A stretch of 64,000 nucleotides of DNA from Bacteroidales bacterium UBA6851 (GCA_002451795.1 DKDJ01000002.1:16768-80767); one strand, 5' to 3'. Shown: positions 1 to 10,303, counted from the first letter of the stretch. Notes: a model not told the origin generated them from the sequence alone. Program-made: numbers and translations.

Positions 1-104
1 GTCAGATTAACGCATTGGATGATTTGCTTCCAGAACTGCCAGAGTCGCCCTATCTGATGCGTAAGAATGAAAGGAAGGCACAACGTATTCGCCACACTAA
101 ATAA
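1..104 (+). CDS. 3' end of a small gene, probably the HipB-like HTH (XRE) antitoxin; truncated by window edge
   Basis: Open frame from position 3 reads QINALDDLLPELPESPYLMRKNERKAQRIRHTK* and stops 9 nt before the HipA ATG; the position is that of the antitoxin in hipBA operons; the HTH itself lies outside the window. Confidence 0.6.
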   Translation, partial: QINALDDLLPELPESPYLMRKNERKAQRIRHTK

Positions 105-113
105 CAGATCTGT

Positions 114-1604
114 ATGATAAAGTCACTAAGAGTTATACTTTGGAACGAAGAAATCGGCAGGCTTGCATGGGATGAACGCCGCCGGCTTTCGTATTTTACA
201 TATAATCCAGAGTTTGTCAAAAAAGGATTGAACATATCACCACTTTCAGCTCCCATTAATGGAATAAGGGCACTTGCGCCAGTATGGGGCGAAAGTGCAA
301 AGATATACCAGCGACTTCCAGCCTTTGTCGCTGATTCACTTCCCGACGCATGGGGAAATCAGCTATTTGATCTTTGGCGTCAGCAAAACCACCTTTCGGG
401 TGCGGATATCAATCCGCTTGACAAGTTGTCGTTCATTGGTAGACGGGGAATGGGGGCTTTGGAATTTCTGCCAGAGGTGACACATGAACGAAAATCTGAA
501 AAGATAAACATGAAGTCTTTGGCAGATTTGGCGGAACGCATCTTTGTGGAAAGAGAAAATGCCTGTATATTGCCGGAAGAGTCTATTCCAATGCAATCCC
601 TATTGACAGTAGGCACTTCTGCCGGTGGTCGCCAACCAAAGGCTATTATTGCTATAAACCGCAAAACTGGCGAAATACGAAGCGGACAGATTTCTGGGCT
701 GGAGGATTTTGACTATTATCTGTTGAAATTCGGAAATTCTGAATATTGTTCATCGGAACTGGAGATGACGTATTATGAGTTGGCCACAACCTCAGGAATC
801 AACATGATGCCGTCTGAGTTGTACACTGTCGAGAACAACAGACATTTCATGACCAAACGCTTTGACAGGGAAGGCACAAGGAAAGTATACACGCAGACAT
901 TGGCTGCCATTTATCCAAATGCTGACAGTTACGAGCAGTTGATTGAGGTTTGTCGCAAGCTCCATCTTCCAGAAGCAGACTGTCAAGAAGTATTCCGCAG
1001 AATGGTTTTCAATATCCTTTCGAACAACACGGATGACCATAACAAGAATTTTTCGTTTATTATGAATGAGGATGGCTCTTGGCGGTTGGCTCCTGCCTAT
1101 GATATTAACTATATCATAAACAGGGGCGGTTATCTGCCTAATGAGGAGCATTGTATGTTCATTCGTGCGAAACTACGTGGTATAACTCGCAATGATGCCA
1201 TTGACTTTGCTCGTGACAATGGCATTCGCAGACCTGATTCTATTATTCGTAATGTCGTTGCTTCACTGAAGACATTCCGTTCGGTCGCATTAAAATATGG
1301 TGTTACAAAAGAATGGATTGGTCGGGTTGAAACCGCAATTATCGGTCATCTGACAGCTTGGGGTGAATGGGAGGAAGAAAAACAACCGTCTGTTCTTAAA
1401 ATCAATGCCCATATAGTCAGGAACATTCATTTGGAAGAGACGTATAAGGGAAATTACCATTTGTATGCCGACATAGATGGCAATGAACGCAAGTTTGTCA
1501 TTAGCAGGAATAAGGATGAATTCTCTTTGATAAAAAAGACAGGCTTGTCTAATATTACTGAAGAACAACTCAAAGCAATGGTGTGCAAATATTTCAAACT
1601 CTGA
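114..1604 (+). CDS. hipA: HipA-family Ser/Thr kinase toxin (type II TA) with C-terminal extension
   Basis: N-terminal HipA-couple region (FTYNPEF..LSAP..DSLPDAWG), Gly-rich loop GTSAGGRQPK, KRFDR, catalytic NTDDHNKNFS and LAPAYDI motifs. Confidence 0.9.
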   Translation: MIKSLRVILWNEEIGRLAWDERRRLSYFTYNPEFVKKGLNISPLSAPINGIRALAPVWGESAKIYQRLPAFVADSLPDAWGNQLFDLWRQQNHLSGADINPLDKLSFIGRRGMGALEFLPEVTHERKSEKINMKSLADLAERIFVERENACILPEESIPMQSLLTVGTSAGGRQPKAIIAINRKTGEIRSGQISGLEDFDYYLLKFGNSEYCSSELEMTYYELATTSGINMMPSELYTVENNRHFMTKRFDREGTRKVYTQTLAAIYPNADSYEQLIEVCRKLHLPEADCQEVFRRMVFNILSNNTDDHNKNFSFIMNEDGSWRLAPAYDINYIINRGGYLPNEEHCMFIRAKLRGITRNDAIDFARDNGIRRPDSIIRNVVASLKTFRSVALKYGVTKEWIGRVETAIIGHLTAWGEWEEEKQPSVLKINAHIVRNIHLEETYKGNYHLYADIDGNERKFVISRNKDEFSLIKKTGLSNITEEQLKAMVCKYFKL

Positions 1605-1664
1605 CAAAAATAGACAAACAAGTCTAGTGTAATACATAAGATGCCTATTTATGTTTTTCTTCTG

Positions 1665-1672
1665 CAAAGTTA
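1665..1672 (-). promoter_or_regulatory. Bacteroidetes -7 promoter motif pointing antisense into the hipA 3' end
   Basis: CAAAGTTA on + = TAACTTTG on - (TAnnTTTG), followed by C as in other promoters of this window. Confidence 0.4.
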
Positions 1673-1786
1673 CTCATAGAATTCCTTTTACCAAAATTTA
1701 TTTTGTCTCTGATGCCCCATTTCATGTTGTCTAAAGAGCCGCATTTTGGGCACCGTAATCGACGTCTTATTTTTGGCTTATCACTC

Positions 1787-1812
1787 ATTAGATGAAAACG
1801 TTTTCATCTAAT
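1787..1812. repeat. Perfect 26-bp palindrome ATTAGATGAAAACGTTTTCATCTAAT
   Basis: Read directly; two 13-bp arms with no spacer. Confidence 0.9.
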
Positions 1813-1904
1813 TTAAGCAATTAGCAAAGAATCAATAATTTACAAAGAAATTACCAACCGTTTTTGGCAATTATACCATTATACCCATAAAACCTGAGCA
1901 TACG

Positions 1905-1944
1905 AAAAAAGGTTTGACTGAATTTCAGTCAAACCTTTTTCTTT
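1905..1944. terminator. Intrinsic (likely bidirectional) terminator downstream of tRNA-Asp
   Basis: AAAAAAGGTTTGACTG-AATTT-CAGTCAAACCTTTTT hairpin flanked by A and T tracts. Confidence 0.8.
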
Positions 1945-1946
1945 AG

Positions 1947-2021
1947 CGGTGCGGAAGGGGCTCGAACCCTCGACCTCCGGCGTGACAGGCCGGCATTCTA
2001 ACCAAACTGAACTACCGCACC
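1947..2021 (-). tRNA. tRNA-Asp (GTC)
   Basis: Reverse complement GGTGCGGTAGTTCAGTTTGGTTAGAATGCCGGCCTGTCACGCCGGAGGTCGAGGGTTCGAGCCCCTTCCGCACCG folds as a cloverleaf with anticodon GTC and a GTTCGA T-loop; CCA not encoded. Confidence 0.97.
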
Positions 2022-2050
2022 AAGGCAGTTGCTTTCTTGGAAAGCGGATG

Positions 2051-2058
2051 CAAAGGTA
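2051..2058 (-). promoter_or_regulatory. -7 promoter of tRNA-Asp
   Basis: TACCTTTG(C) on - strand about 30 nt upstream of the tRNA. Confidence 0.7.
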
Positions 2059-2201
2059 CGCATATTTTTTGAATGTGCAAATATTTTTGGAAAAATTTTG
2101 CTTTGCGCATGGCTGGCCTGCTGCGAAAACGCACTCTTTGGTCTATGACGACAGGGGCGGGGTCGGGTCCGGTACGAAAAACGGCTCTCTGGTGTACGCG
2201 A

Positions 2202-2254
2202 CGAGGTTGGTGAACAGTCCGGTGTCGAGGTTGGGGAACCGTTCAGTGCCGAGG
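2202..2254. repeat. Degenerate 24-bp tandem repeat (2 units plus a partial third)
   Basis: CGAGGTTGGTGAACAGTCCGGTGT / CGAGGTTGGGGAACCGTTCAGTGC / CGAGG; 19 of 24 positions identical. Confidence 0.7.
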
Positions 2255-2381
2255 CCGCGTTCCGAAGCGTCCACATGCATCTTGCCCTGGATACCCTGCC
2301 CACCCACTCGCTCTCCATTAAATCCTACCCATGCGCTATCTGGGGCTGAAACAAATCTTTGCATGCGAGCCGATTTATTCC

Positions 2382-2389
2382 TATATTTG
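2382..2389 (+). promoter_or_regulatory. -7 promoter of the wza-like operon
   Basis: TATATTTG(C) about 50 nt upstream of ATG 2442. Confidence 0.7.
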
Positions 2390-2441
2390 CACGTTTATGA
2401 GCAGGCGGTTTTGTCTGTCAAATTGATAATCTTTCATTACG

Positions 2442-4868
2442 ATGAATAAACTTTGTATCACAGCGTTAGGATTGCTCTTTGCAATCGCTTGCCCGTTGTC
2501 CGCCCAGATGACGGATGATCAGGTTGTGGAATATGTAAAGTCTGCAGCCGGGTCTGGCAAGAGCGAAAGCCAGATAAGTAAGGAACTTCTGGCTAAGGGT
2601 GTAACTATGGAACAAGCTGAACGTATTAAAGCCAAGTACGAGGATCAGTTGAGTGGGAATACCGCATCAGTGGCAGGCATGGCAGCTTCAGGCAAGCTTT
2701 CGAGAAGAGATTCAAGAGCTAATTCCCAGACGGGAAATTCAAGAAGTTCTGCTGGGTCTCAGAGTGAGGCCTACAGTGATATTTTCGGCACGGTGGCCGG
2801 GGAGGCTGAGAAGAGCACTCCGATATTTGGACACAATGTCTTCGGAAGCCACTCTTCAGTATCATTTGAGCCAAATGAGAATCTGGCTACTCCTGACACC
2901 TACATTCTTGGCCCTGGGGATGAAATTATAATCGAGATATGGGGAATCAGCGAAGCACGTATCGCTTCCGTTATATCCCCAGAGGGCAGAATCAGCATTA
3001 GTCAGGTCGGTCCTATTGAACTTAGCGGGCTGACTATCAAAGAGGCTACCAAGAAGATCAAGGGCAAACTTGCCGGGAAATATGCCGGGGTTAGCGGTCC
3101 TAATGCCAATATAAGCGTAACACTTGGTAATATACGCACCATACAGGTGAATGTCCTTGGCCTTGTCAACACCCCTGGTACATTTAGGCTCTCTCCATTT
3201 ACCACAGTCTTCAATGCTCTTTATCGTGCAGGTGGTATCAGCGATGGGGGAAGTTTGAGAAATGTGCAGGTGGTGCGTGAAGGAGAGCAGATAGCGGATG
3301 TTGATATCTACGATTTTCTTTTTACCGGAAAGAAAGAGTGTGACATTTCCCTTCAGGAGGGAGATGTGGTGATAGTTCCTCCGTACAAGGAGCTCGTGAG
3401 CATTGAAGGCGGAGTGAAGCGAGCGATGAGATATGAGCTTAAGGAAGGGCAGACGCTCGCTGAGCTTATAGACTATGCCGGTGGATTTGCAAGTGACGCA
3501 TACCGCAGTGATGTGAAGATTATCCGCAACACTGAGAAAGAGAAGGAAATCCTTACTGTGCGCAGCGATAAGTATGACTCTTGCGTACTGAATGATGGTG
3601 ATATGGTGTCTGTGGGGACTAATATTGACAGGTTTTCCAATAGGGTGGAGATCCGCGGATATGTTTTCCGTCCTGGTGAATTCCAGCTCGGGGGAGATGT
3701 CGCTACTGTTCGCCAGCTTGTCAATATGGCCGGTGGACCTCAGGAGGACGCATTCCTTGGAAGGGCCGTATTGCTTAGGGAGAAGCAGGACCTCAGTCTT
3801 GAGACCATTCCACTCAATATAGGCGCCATTCTGGATGGAAGCATGGAGGACGTGCTCCTTAAGAAGAATGATGTATTGGTGATTTCCGGCATCCATGAGC
3901 TTGAGGATAGGGGAGACTTGACCATCAACGGGATGGTGCTGAATCCTAGTACGTTCCCATTCTCAGACAATACCACGATCGAAGACTTGATTCTTCAGGC
4001 TGGTGGTCTTCTGGAAGGTGCTTCGACGGTGAGAGTGGATGTGGCAAGGCGTCTGTATGATGCTAAGTCACTTACATGGTCTGATACACTGGCTCTGGCA
4101 TATACTTTTGCCATTAAGGACGGGCTTGCATTGGATGGAGCTGATAGTTTCATCCTTGAGCCTTACGATGTCGTGTCCGTAAGACGTAGCCCTGGATTCA
4201 GACCGCAGAAGTTCGTGGAGATTCAGGGCAATGTGGCATTCCCTGGAAGGTACGTGCTTCTCAACGAGAGCGAGAGACTTACGGATCTTATAAAGAGAGC
4301 GGGTGGCTTTGTGGGAAATGCTAACCCTCGTGGTGCCATGATGATAAGGCAGCGTAGTGATGCGATGGAGAAGAGACTTCTGTCTGAGTCTCTGCGAAAG
4401 CTCTCGACTTCTTCGAAGGTGGATAGTCTTAATGTTTCCGTAGATTCTGAATACAAGATAGCCGTGGATCTCGACTATGCCATGTCACATCAGGGAAGCA
4501 ATTCTGATATTATCCTTCAGGAAGGCGACTATATCAATGTGCCTGAGGTGGTGAATACCGTGCAGATATCAGGTGAGGTTATGGCCCCTAATGCGGTGGT
4601 ATTCAGACCTGGCAAGACTGTGGCGTACTACATCAATGCTGCCGGAGGATATACAGACAGGAGCAGGCGTTCGCGTGTCTATGTTATCTATCAGAACGGT
4701 AAGGCTGCGAGAAATGTCCTCAATAATGCTAAGGTGGAGCCGGGTTGTACCATAGTTGTCCCGTCCAAGCCGGAGATGAAGCCGCTGAGTACTTCTGATG
4801 TGCTTGCCACCGCGAGTGTGGCGTCATCGCTTACTTCTATCGTTGCAATGCTTATAAGGCTCTTTTAA
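2442..4868 (+). CDS. Polysaccharide export protein with multiple SLBB domains (Wza/KpsD-like)
   Basis: Signal peptide; Poly_export motif YILGPGDEIIIEIWG; repeated SLBB units (GxVxxPG..., AGG, LQEGDxxxVP); followed by wzz. Confidence 0.88.
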   Translation: MNKLCITALGLLFAIACPLSAQMTDDQVVEYVKSAAGSGKSESQISKELLAKGVTMEQAERIKAKYEDQLSGNTASVAGMAASGKLSRRDSRANSQTGNSRSSAGSQSEAYSDIFGTVAGEAEKSTPIFGHNVFGSHSSVSFEPNENLATPDTYILGPGDEIIIEIWGISEARIASVISPEGRISISQVGPIELSGLTIKEATKKIKGKLAGKYAGVSGPNANISVTLGNIRTIQVNVLGLVNTPGTFRLSPFTTVFNALYRAGGISDGGSLRNVQVVREGEQIADVDIYDFLFTGKKECDISLQEGDVVIVPPYKELVSIEGGVKRAMRYELKEGQTLAELIDYAGGFASDAYRSDVKIIRNTEKEKEILTVRSDKYDSCVLNDGDMVSVGTNIDRFSNRVEIRGYVFRPGEFQLGGDVATVRQLVNMAGGPQEDAFLGRAVLLREKQDLSLETIPLNIGAILDGSMEDVLLKKNDVLVISGIHELEDRGDLTINGMVLNPSTFPFSDNTTIEDLILQAGGLLEGASTVRVDVARRLYDAKSLTWSDTLALAYTFAIKDGLALDGADSFILEPYDVVSVRRSPGFRPQKFVEIQGNVAFPGRYVLLNESERLTDLIKRAGGFVGNANPRGAMMIRQRSDAMEKRLLSESLRKLSTSSKVDSLNVSVDSEYKIAVDLDYAMSHQGSNSDIILQEGDYINVPEVVNTVQISGEVMAPNAVVFRPGKTVAYYINAAGGYTDRSRRSRVYVIYQNGKAARNVLNNAKVEPGCTIVVPSKPEMKPLSTSDVLATASVASSLTSIVAMLIRLF

Positions 4869-4879
4869 TTTAACTTGTC

Positions 4880-6049
4880 ATGGAAGAAAATAATTATACT
4901 CAGCAGGTACAGAATAGCCAGCCGCAGGGACAGGGCGAGGATTATGAGGAGATAGACATAATGGAGCTTCTGCTTAAGCTCTTGTCTCAATGGAAGAAGC
5001 TGCTCCTATGGTGCGGTATCTCCGCTGTGGTGGGTGTGATAGTTGCGTTCAGCATTCCTAAAGAATACACGGTAACTTCTAAGTTGGCACCTGAGATTGT
5101 CACCAAGACAAGCGGCTCGGTGGCGTCTATCGCGTCCATGCTTGGAGCCAACATCAGCAATATGTCCACCAATGATGCTGTCTATCCGGATCTTTATCCT
5201 GATATAGTGTCATCAACTCCGTTTGTTACGGAGCTTTTCTCCCTTCCGGTGCAGTTTAAGGACAAGAAGGAAGGTATGGTCGATACTGATTATTACACTT
5301 ATATCAAGGAGTATTCGAAGTCACCGTGGTGGAGTGCCGTACTTTCAGCTCCTATGAAGGGACTGAGCTGGTTCATAGGACTCTTTAAGGAGAAGCAGGA
5401 AAAGGTGGAGGGCTATTCCAATTTCAACCCCGAGGCCCTTACTACGGAGCAGAGCAAGATAGCCAAGGCCATCTCCGAGAGTATCAGCGTGGTGGTGGAT
5501 AAGAAAACCCAGATTATCACTCTTACTGTGACCAGTCAGTCTCCTTTCGTGTCCAAGGCTGTGTCCGATGCTGTCATAGAAAAGATTCAGGAGTATGTGA
5601 CCTCGTATCGTACAGAGAAGTCCCGTAAGGATATGGACTACTATCTCCAGCTTTACGAGGAAGCCAAGGCGGACTATTATAAGGCACAGCAGAAATATGC
5701 CAGCTATGTGGATGCCAATCAGGGAGTTGTGCTCCAGAGGGTAAAAACCGAGCAGGAGAGGCTCCAGAATGAGATGCAGCTTGCGTATCAGCTTTATAAC
5801 TCGTGTGCGCAGCAGCTTCAGATGTCGCGTGCCAAAGTCCAGCAGGAGACTCCTGTGTGTGTGGTGATGCAGCCACCTGTACTGCCTAACAGGGCATCAA
5901 AGCCGTCTAAGATCACTACACTTGTGGCCTGCGTGTTCCTTGGCTTCTGTCTGTGTGCTGTATGGATACTCTGGGGAAAGGATTGGATTGCTAAATTCAG
6001 AAGTGAAAGAGAAGATTTCGATAAAGCGAGCCAGGGTCAACAATCTTAA
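4880..6049 (+). CDS. Wzz-type polysaccharide chain-length determinant
   Basis: [10 protein letters not shown]-terminus, two terminal TM helices, coiled-coil periplasmic region, Pro-rich PPVLP..KPS motif before TM2. Confidence 0.88.
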   Translation: MEENNYTQQVQNSQPQGQGEDYEEIDIMELLLKLLSQWKKLLLWCGISAVVGVIVAFSIPKEYTVTSKLAPEIVTKTSGSVASIASMLGANISNMSTNDAVYPDLYPDIVSSTPFVTELFSLPVQFKDKKEGMVDTDYYTYIKEYSKSPWWSAVLSAPMKGLSWFIGLFKEKQEKVEGYSNFNPEALTTEQSKIAKAISESISVVVDKKTQIITLTVTSQSPFVSKAVSDAVIEKIQEYVTSYRTEKSRKDMDYYLQLYEEAKADYYKAQQKYASYVDANQGVVLQRVKTEQERLQNEMQLAYQLYNSCAQQLQMSRAKVQQETPVCVVMQPPVLPNRASKPSKITTLVACVFLGFCLCAVWILWGKDWIAKFRSEREDFDKASQGQQS

Positions 6050-8834
6050 GAACCTGACTTTAGACATACCGCGGGACGAACTTGTCGTGGTGACAGGCGT
6101 CTCTGGATCGGGCAAATCGTCACTGGTCTTCGATACTTTGTATGCCGAGGGCCAGCGGCGTTTTTCTGAGAGTCTGTCTTCATACGCGAGGCAGTTCCTT
6201 GGCCGTATGAGCAAGCCGGATGTGGATTCCATAGATGGAATTCCTCCTGCTATCGCCATTGAGCAGAAAGTTACTACACGTAATCCGCGTTCGACTGTGG
6301 CAACTACTACGGAAATATACGATTTCATAAGGCTGGTGTTCTCTCGTATAGGCCATACTTTCTCACCGGTTTCCGGTGAGGAGGTCAGATCTGACACGGT
6401 GCAAGACGTGCTGTCTTATATAGAATGTGCGTCAGCGGGCTATTGCTACGTTCTTGCAGATCTTGGCTGGCGTCATCGTGATGACAAGGTGGAACTGATG
6501 CTCTCTCTTAAGGAAGATGGCTACAACCGACTTTATGCTGATGGTTCTGCTTTAAAGATAGATGATGTGTTGAAGATGGGCGGAAACTATCCGGACGAAG
6601 TGTATCTTCTTGTGGATAGGGTGCGTGGTGGAGTCACTATGGATGAAGACACCAGAACAAGGCTTCTGTCTTCAGTATCCGATGCCTTTTCGAGGGGGCA
6701 GGGGCATCTGTTTGTAGCTGATGCCGCCACTGGCTCCATGAAGGCTTTCTGTGACCGGTTCGAGAAGGATGGAATCAAGTTCCGCCGGCCAGATGACTAT
6801 CTTTTTAGTTTCAACTCTCCTCTTGGCGCCTGTCCGCATTGTGGAGGCCTTGGAAAAGTAATAGGTGTCAGTGAAGATTTGGTGATTCCGGATAAGACCA
6901 AGAGCATATATGATGGGGCAATAGCCTGCTGGCGTGGAGAGAAGATGGGATGGTTCAGGGACCATCTGATACAGGTTGCGGATCGATATGGGATACCTGT
7001 ATTTGAGCCATATTGCAAACTCTCTGACGAGGCAAGGAAGACGATATGGAAGGGACGGTCTGTTCCTGGTGATGACAATTCCATAGTCGGTATTGAAGAG
7101 TTCTTCGAGTGGGTGGAGACTCAGAAATTCAAGATACAGTTCAAGTATATGCTTTCCAGATTCTGCGGCAGGACATTGTGCCCGGAATGTGGAGGCAGCA
7201 GGCTGCGCAAAGAGGCTCTCTGGGTGAAAGTCTGCGGTCGTACTATCGACGATGTCTTAAGAATGAACGTGGATGAAGCGATAGCATTCTTCTCGTCCCT
7301 TGATATTTCAGAGTATGAGCGGAAGATTATTGAAGAGCCTCTTGCTGAGATTCTCTCACGCCTAAAGTGTATCCGTGATGTGGGTTTGTCCTATCTGACG
7401 CTCAATAGGGCTTGCAATACGCTTTCTGGTGGAGAAAGCCAGAGGGTCAATCTCGTGACGGCTCTTGGCTCCAGCCTTGTGGGCTCAATGTATGTTCTTG
7501 ATGAACCGAGTATCGGGCTTCATCCAAGAGACACGGCTCGGCTTATCCATGTCCTTAAGGAACTTAGGGACATCGGCAATACCGTGATAGTCGTTGAGCA
7601 CGATGAGGATATAATGCGTGCAGCGGACCTGCTCATTGATATGGGCCCTGGTGCCGGATCCAATGGCGGCGAGGTGGTATATTACGGAAATCTTGGGGGC
7701 GACAGCAGTGAAGCTGCTCCAGATGGGAAGAACTATGATCCCCGAAAATCGATGACGCTTGCTTATCTTGACGGCAGTCGCCCGCGGTATGCCAGAGAGC
7801 ATCGGGACTGGAATTATTCCATAACCGTCAAGGGTGCGATGGAGCATAACCTGAAAGATATTGACGTGACATTCCCGCTTGGAGTACTTACAGTGGTTAC
7901 CGGGGTATCAGGTTCCGGGAAGTCTTCTCTTGTGGGAGACATTCTCTACCCGGCACTTTTCAGGCATCTGAATGAGTCTGGAGATCAGCCTGGCGTTTTC
8001 CGTGGGCTGGAGGGCAATATTGACCGTATCACCAGGGTTGAGTACGTGGATCAGAATCCTATCGGGAAGAGTTCCAGATCCAATGCTGTCACATATCTGA
8101 AGATATACGATGATATTCGCAAGCTTCTCTCGGAGCAGCAGTATGCCAAGATCAATGGTTTTAAGGCCAATTACTTCTCTTTTAATACTGAAGGGGGAAG
8201 GTGCCCTGAATGTCAGGGTGAGGGGGTTGTGAGAATTCCGATGCAGTTTATCTCGGATGTCGAGATGGTCTGTGAAACTTGTGGGGGCAAGCGGTTTAAG
8301 CCGGAGGTTCTGGAAGTGAGATATAGGGACAGGAATGTCGATGATATATTGAATATGAGTGTGGATGAGGCGGTGGAATTTTTCTCTGCGGGGAAAGAGC
8401 CTCTTGCCAGTGCCATTGCACATGGACTTGGATTTCTTCAGTCTGTGGGGTTGGGATATATCAAACTCGGCCAGAGCAGTTCCACTCTCTCTGGAGGTGA
8501 AAGCCAGCGTATCAAACTGGCTTACTTCCTGTCCATGAGTGAGAAGAAAGCTAAACCCGAGAAGATAATGTTTATCTTCGATGAGCCGACCACGGGGCTG
8601 CATTTCTATGATGTGGAGAAGCTCCTTAAGGCTTTTGATTCTCTTCTGGCCGCAGGGCACTCGATAGTGGTGGTGGAGCACAATCAAGACGTTATCCGCG
8701 CTGCGGACTGGATTATAGATCTGGGTCCGGATGCTGGAAATGCCGGTGGGGAAGTGGTGTTCGAGGGGACACCGGAGCAGATGAAAGATGCTGATACTTT
8801 TACGTCACAATATGTTTTCCATAGTCATAACTGA
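6003..8834 (+). CDS. uvrA: Excinuclease ABC subunit A
   Basis: Two GVSGSGKSS Walker A motifs, two LSGGESQR signatures, CxxC zinc fingers; homology begins at [13 protein letters not shown], so GTG 6003 is preferred over 5922. Confidence 0.95.
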   Translation: MKEKISIKRARVNNLKNLTLDIPRDELVVVTGVSGSGKSSLVFDTLYAEGQRRFSESLSSYARQFLGRMSKPDVDSIDGIPPAIAIEQKVTTRNPRSTVATTTEIYDFIRLVFSRIGHTFSPVSGEEVRSDTVQDVLSYIECASAGYCYVLADLGWRHRDDKVELMLSLKEDGYNRLYADGSALKIDDVLKMGGNYPDEVYLLVDRVRGGVTMDEDTRTRLLSSVSDAFSRGQGHLFVADAATGSMKAFCDRFEKDGIKFRRPDDYLFSFNSPLGACPHCGGLGKVIGVSEDLVIPDKTKSIYDGAIACWRGEKMGWFRDHLIQVADRYGIPVFEPYCKLSDEARKTIWKGRSVPGDDNSIVGIEEFFEWVETQKFKIQFKYMLSRFCGRTLCPECGGSRLRKEALWVKVCGRTIDDVLRMNVDEAIAFFSSLDISEYERKIIEEPLAEILSRLKCIRDVGLSYLTLNRACNTLSGGESQRVNLVTALGSSLVGSMYVLDEPSIGLHPRDTARLIHVLKELRDIGNTVIVVEHDEDIMRAADLLIDMGPGAGSNGGEVVYYGNLGGDSSEAAPDGKNYDPRKSMTLAYLDGSRPRYAREHRDWNYSITVKGAMEHNLKDIDVTFPLGVLTVVTGVSGSGKSSLVGDILYPALFRHLNESGDQPGVFRGLEGNIDRITRVEYVDQNPIGKSSRSNAVTYLKIYDDIRKLLSEQQYAKINGFKANYFSFNTEGGRCPECQGEGVVRIPMQFISDVEMVCETCGGKRFKPEVLEVRYRDRNVDDILNMSVDEAVEFFSAGKEPLASAIAHGLGFLQSVGLGYIKLGQSSSTLSGGESQRIKLAYFLSMSEKKAKPEKIMFIFDEPTTGLHFYDVEKLLKAFDSLLAAGHSIVVVEHNQDVIRAADWIIDLGPDAGNAGGEVVFEGTPEQMKDADTFTSQYVFHSHN

Positions 8835-8840
8835 TAGTGT

Positions 8841-9596
8841 ATGAGAGCAGACAAAGTAATCGTTTTCTCTGTTGTCCGTAATCCGGAAATGTATATCAGA
8901 TGCGTGTCGGGCAACCATTTCTTGAAAGGCTGTGTCCTTGAGAAAGTGGACAATTCTGCAGACAACCAGCCTGTTACCAAGCGTTACAATGACTTCCTTG
9001 ACTCTCTTGAGGAAGACTGTTGGGTAGTGCTGTGCCATGAAGACTGGGAAGTTAAGGAAAGTCTTTATGATAGGGTGAAAGGACTTGACCCGTCTTTTCT
9101 GTATGGACCTGTCGGCGTGTTTGTAGAGGAACGTAAGTCTGTGGATATCATCGTCCCTATGGGTTATGTTGAGCAGAGTACCAAAGACGGACGCCGCCGG
9201 ATAGTCATCAAAGGGAAAGAGCCGGAGGGCCGGGTGGACACATTCGACTGCCAGTGCCTTATCTTCCACTCATCGCTTGTCAGGAATAATTCCCTTCGCT
9301 TCGATGAGAATCTTTCTTTTGATATGTACGTGGAGGATTTCTGTGCCAATGCTTTTGAGAGATTTGGCATTATGTCCCGTACTATCAGAATTGAATGCCA
9401 TCACCACTCGGCTGGCAAGTTGTCTGGTTCCTTCAGAAACTCCATCTTGTATGTTAGAGAGAAGTATCGCAGGTCGCGCAAGAGGTATGCTACTATCGTG
9501 GGCCACTTGAGTACTTTCGGTGGTGATGCCAGCAGGCCTGTTTTTAAATGGAAACGTATTCCTTGGGTGCTTCTTAGGTATAAATTAGCCAGATGA
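8841..9596 (+). CDS. GT2-like glycosyltransferase (GT-A fold)
   Basis: YN..L..VVLCHED motif, DTFDCQCLIF, FDENLSFDMYVEDFC resembling GT2-like families. Confidence 0.6.
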   Translation: MRADKVIVFSVVRNPEMYIRCVSGNHFLKGCVLEKVDNSADNQPVTKRYNDFLDSLEEDCWVVLCHEDWEVKESLYDRVKGLDPSFLYGPVGVFVEERKSVDIIVPMGYVEQSTKDGRRRIVIKGKEPEGRVDTFDCQCLIFHSSLVRNNSLRFDENLSFDMYVEDFCANAFERFGIMSRTIRIECHHHSAGKLSGSFRNSILYVREKYRRSRKRYATIVGHLSTFGGDASRPVFKWKRIPWVLLRYKLAR

Positions 9597-10303
9597 TGCT
9601 TATGAATGATCGTATACTATGCTGTATCTTCAACCATAATCACAATGAAGATGCTATCAGATGGTGTGATAGACTGTCCCCATATTTCGATACTGTGATA
9701 CTTGATAGCGGCAGCCTTCCGGCTTGTGGAGATTCCCGTGCGATGGTGCTTCCGAATATCTACTATTCCGGACTTATGAATAAGGCATACGAACTGCTGG
9801 TTCAGAAAGGCTGCCGATGGCTTATGATTGTCACAAGTGATATTGAGATAGATGATGCCAATGCCGCGAGACTTGTGGCAGCCATGGATAGAATCTCTCA
9901 TAGCACTAATGTGGCGTTGTACCAGCCTTGCTGCAAGTTTTCCATGCACGGAAGGGCTCTACCCCAGAGCATGTGTCATCTGACTGGCAGGATGCGCTGT
10001 ACTAATTTCCAGGAGGGATGGTTTCATCTTGTATGTAGGGAAATTCTTGATGAGGTCCTGCCTATGGATACTCGGCTTAACAAGTTCGGATGGGGAGTTG
10101 ACCTGGCATTATGCCATTTTGCGCGCATACATAAGATGCTGATACTTGTGGATGATAGGGTGAAAGTCATCCATCCGAGGGGAACCGGTTATAACAGGGA
10201 TGCTGCGCTTGGGCAGATGCGAAGGTGGCATGCTTCCATACCAGGATACTGCTCGCCAAGACACTTTAAACCTTTGAAAGAGCCTGTTTCCTATGATGAC
10301 TGA
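9593..10303 (+). CDS. Hypothetical protein, degenerate GT-A-like fold
   Basis: ILCCIFNHN..VILDSGS..YYSGLMNKA..IVTSDIE..GWGVD pattern parallels GT2 motifs; overlaps both neighbours. Confidence 0.5.
   Translation: MMLMNDRILCCIFNHNHNEDAIRWCDRLSPYFDTVILDSGSLPACGDSRAMVLPNIYYSGLMNKAYELLVQKGCRWLMIVTSDIEIDDANAARLVAAMDRISHSTNVALYQPCCKFSMHGRALPQSMCHLTGRMRCTNFQEGWFHLVCREILDEVLPMDTRLNKFGWGVDLALCHFARIHKMLILVDDRVKVIHPRGTGYNRDAALGQMRRWHASIPGYCSPRHFKPLKEPVSYDD

Noticed and set aside
2202..2254. Possible mini-CRISPR
   Set aside because: Units are directly adjacent with no spacers, only two copies, and no cas genes
1949..2449. 166-aa ORF on + strand
   Set aside because: Antisense translation of tRNA-Asp plus intergenic DNA; no protein-like features
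2862..3896. Long antisense ORFs (e.g. 344 aa here; also 7908-8687, 41915-42682, 63197-63910)
   Set aside because: Shadows of well-supported genes on the opposite strand, with no recognisable motifs
5922..6002. Track start for uvrA
   Set aside because: Extension lies inside wzz and precedes UvrA homology; GTG 6003 fits better
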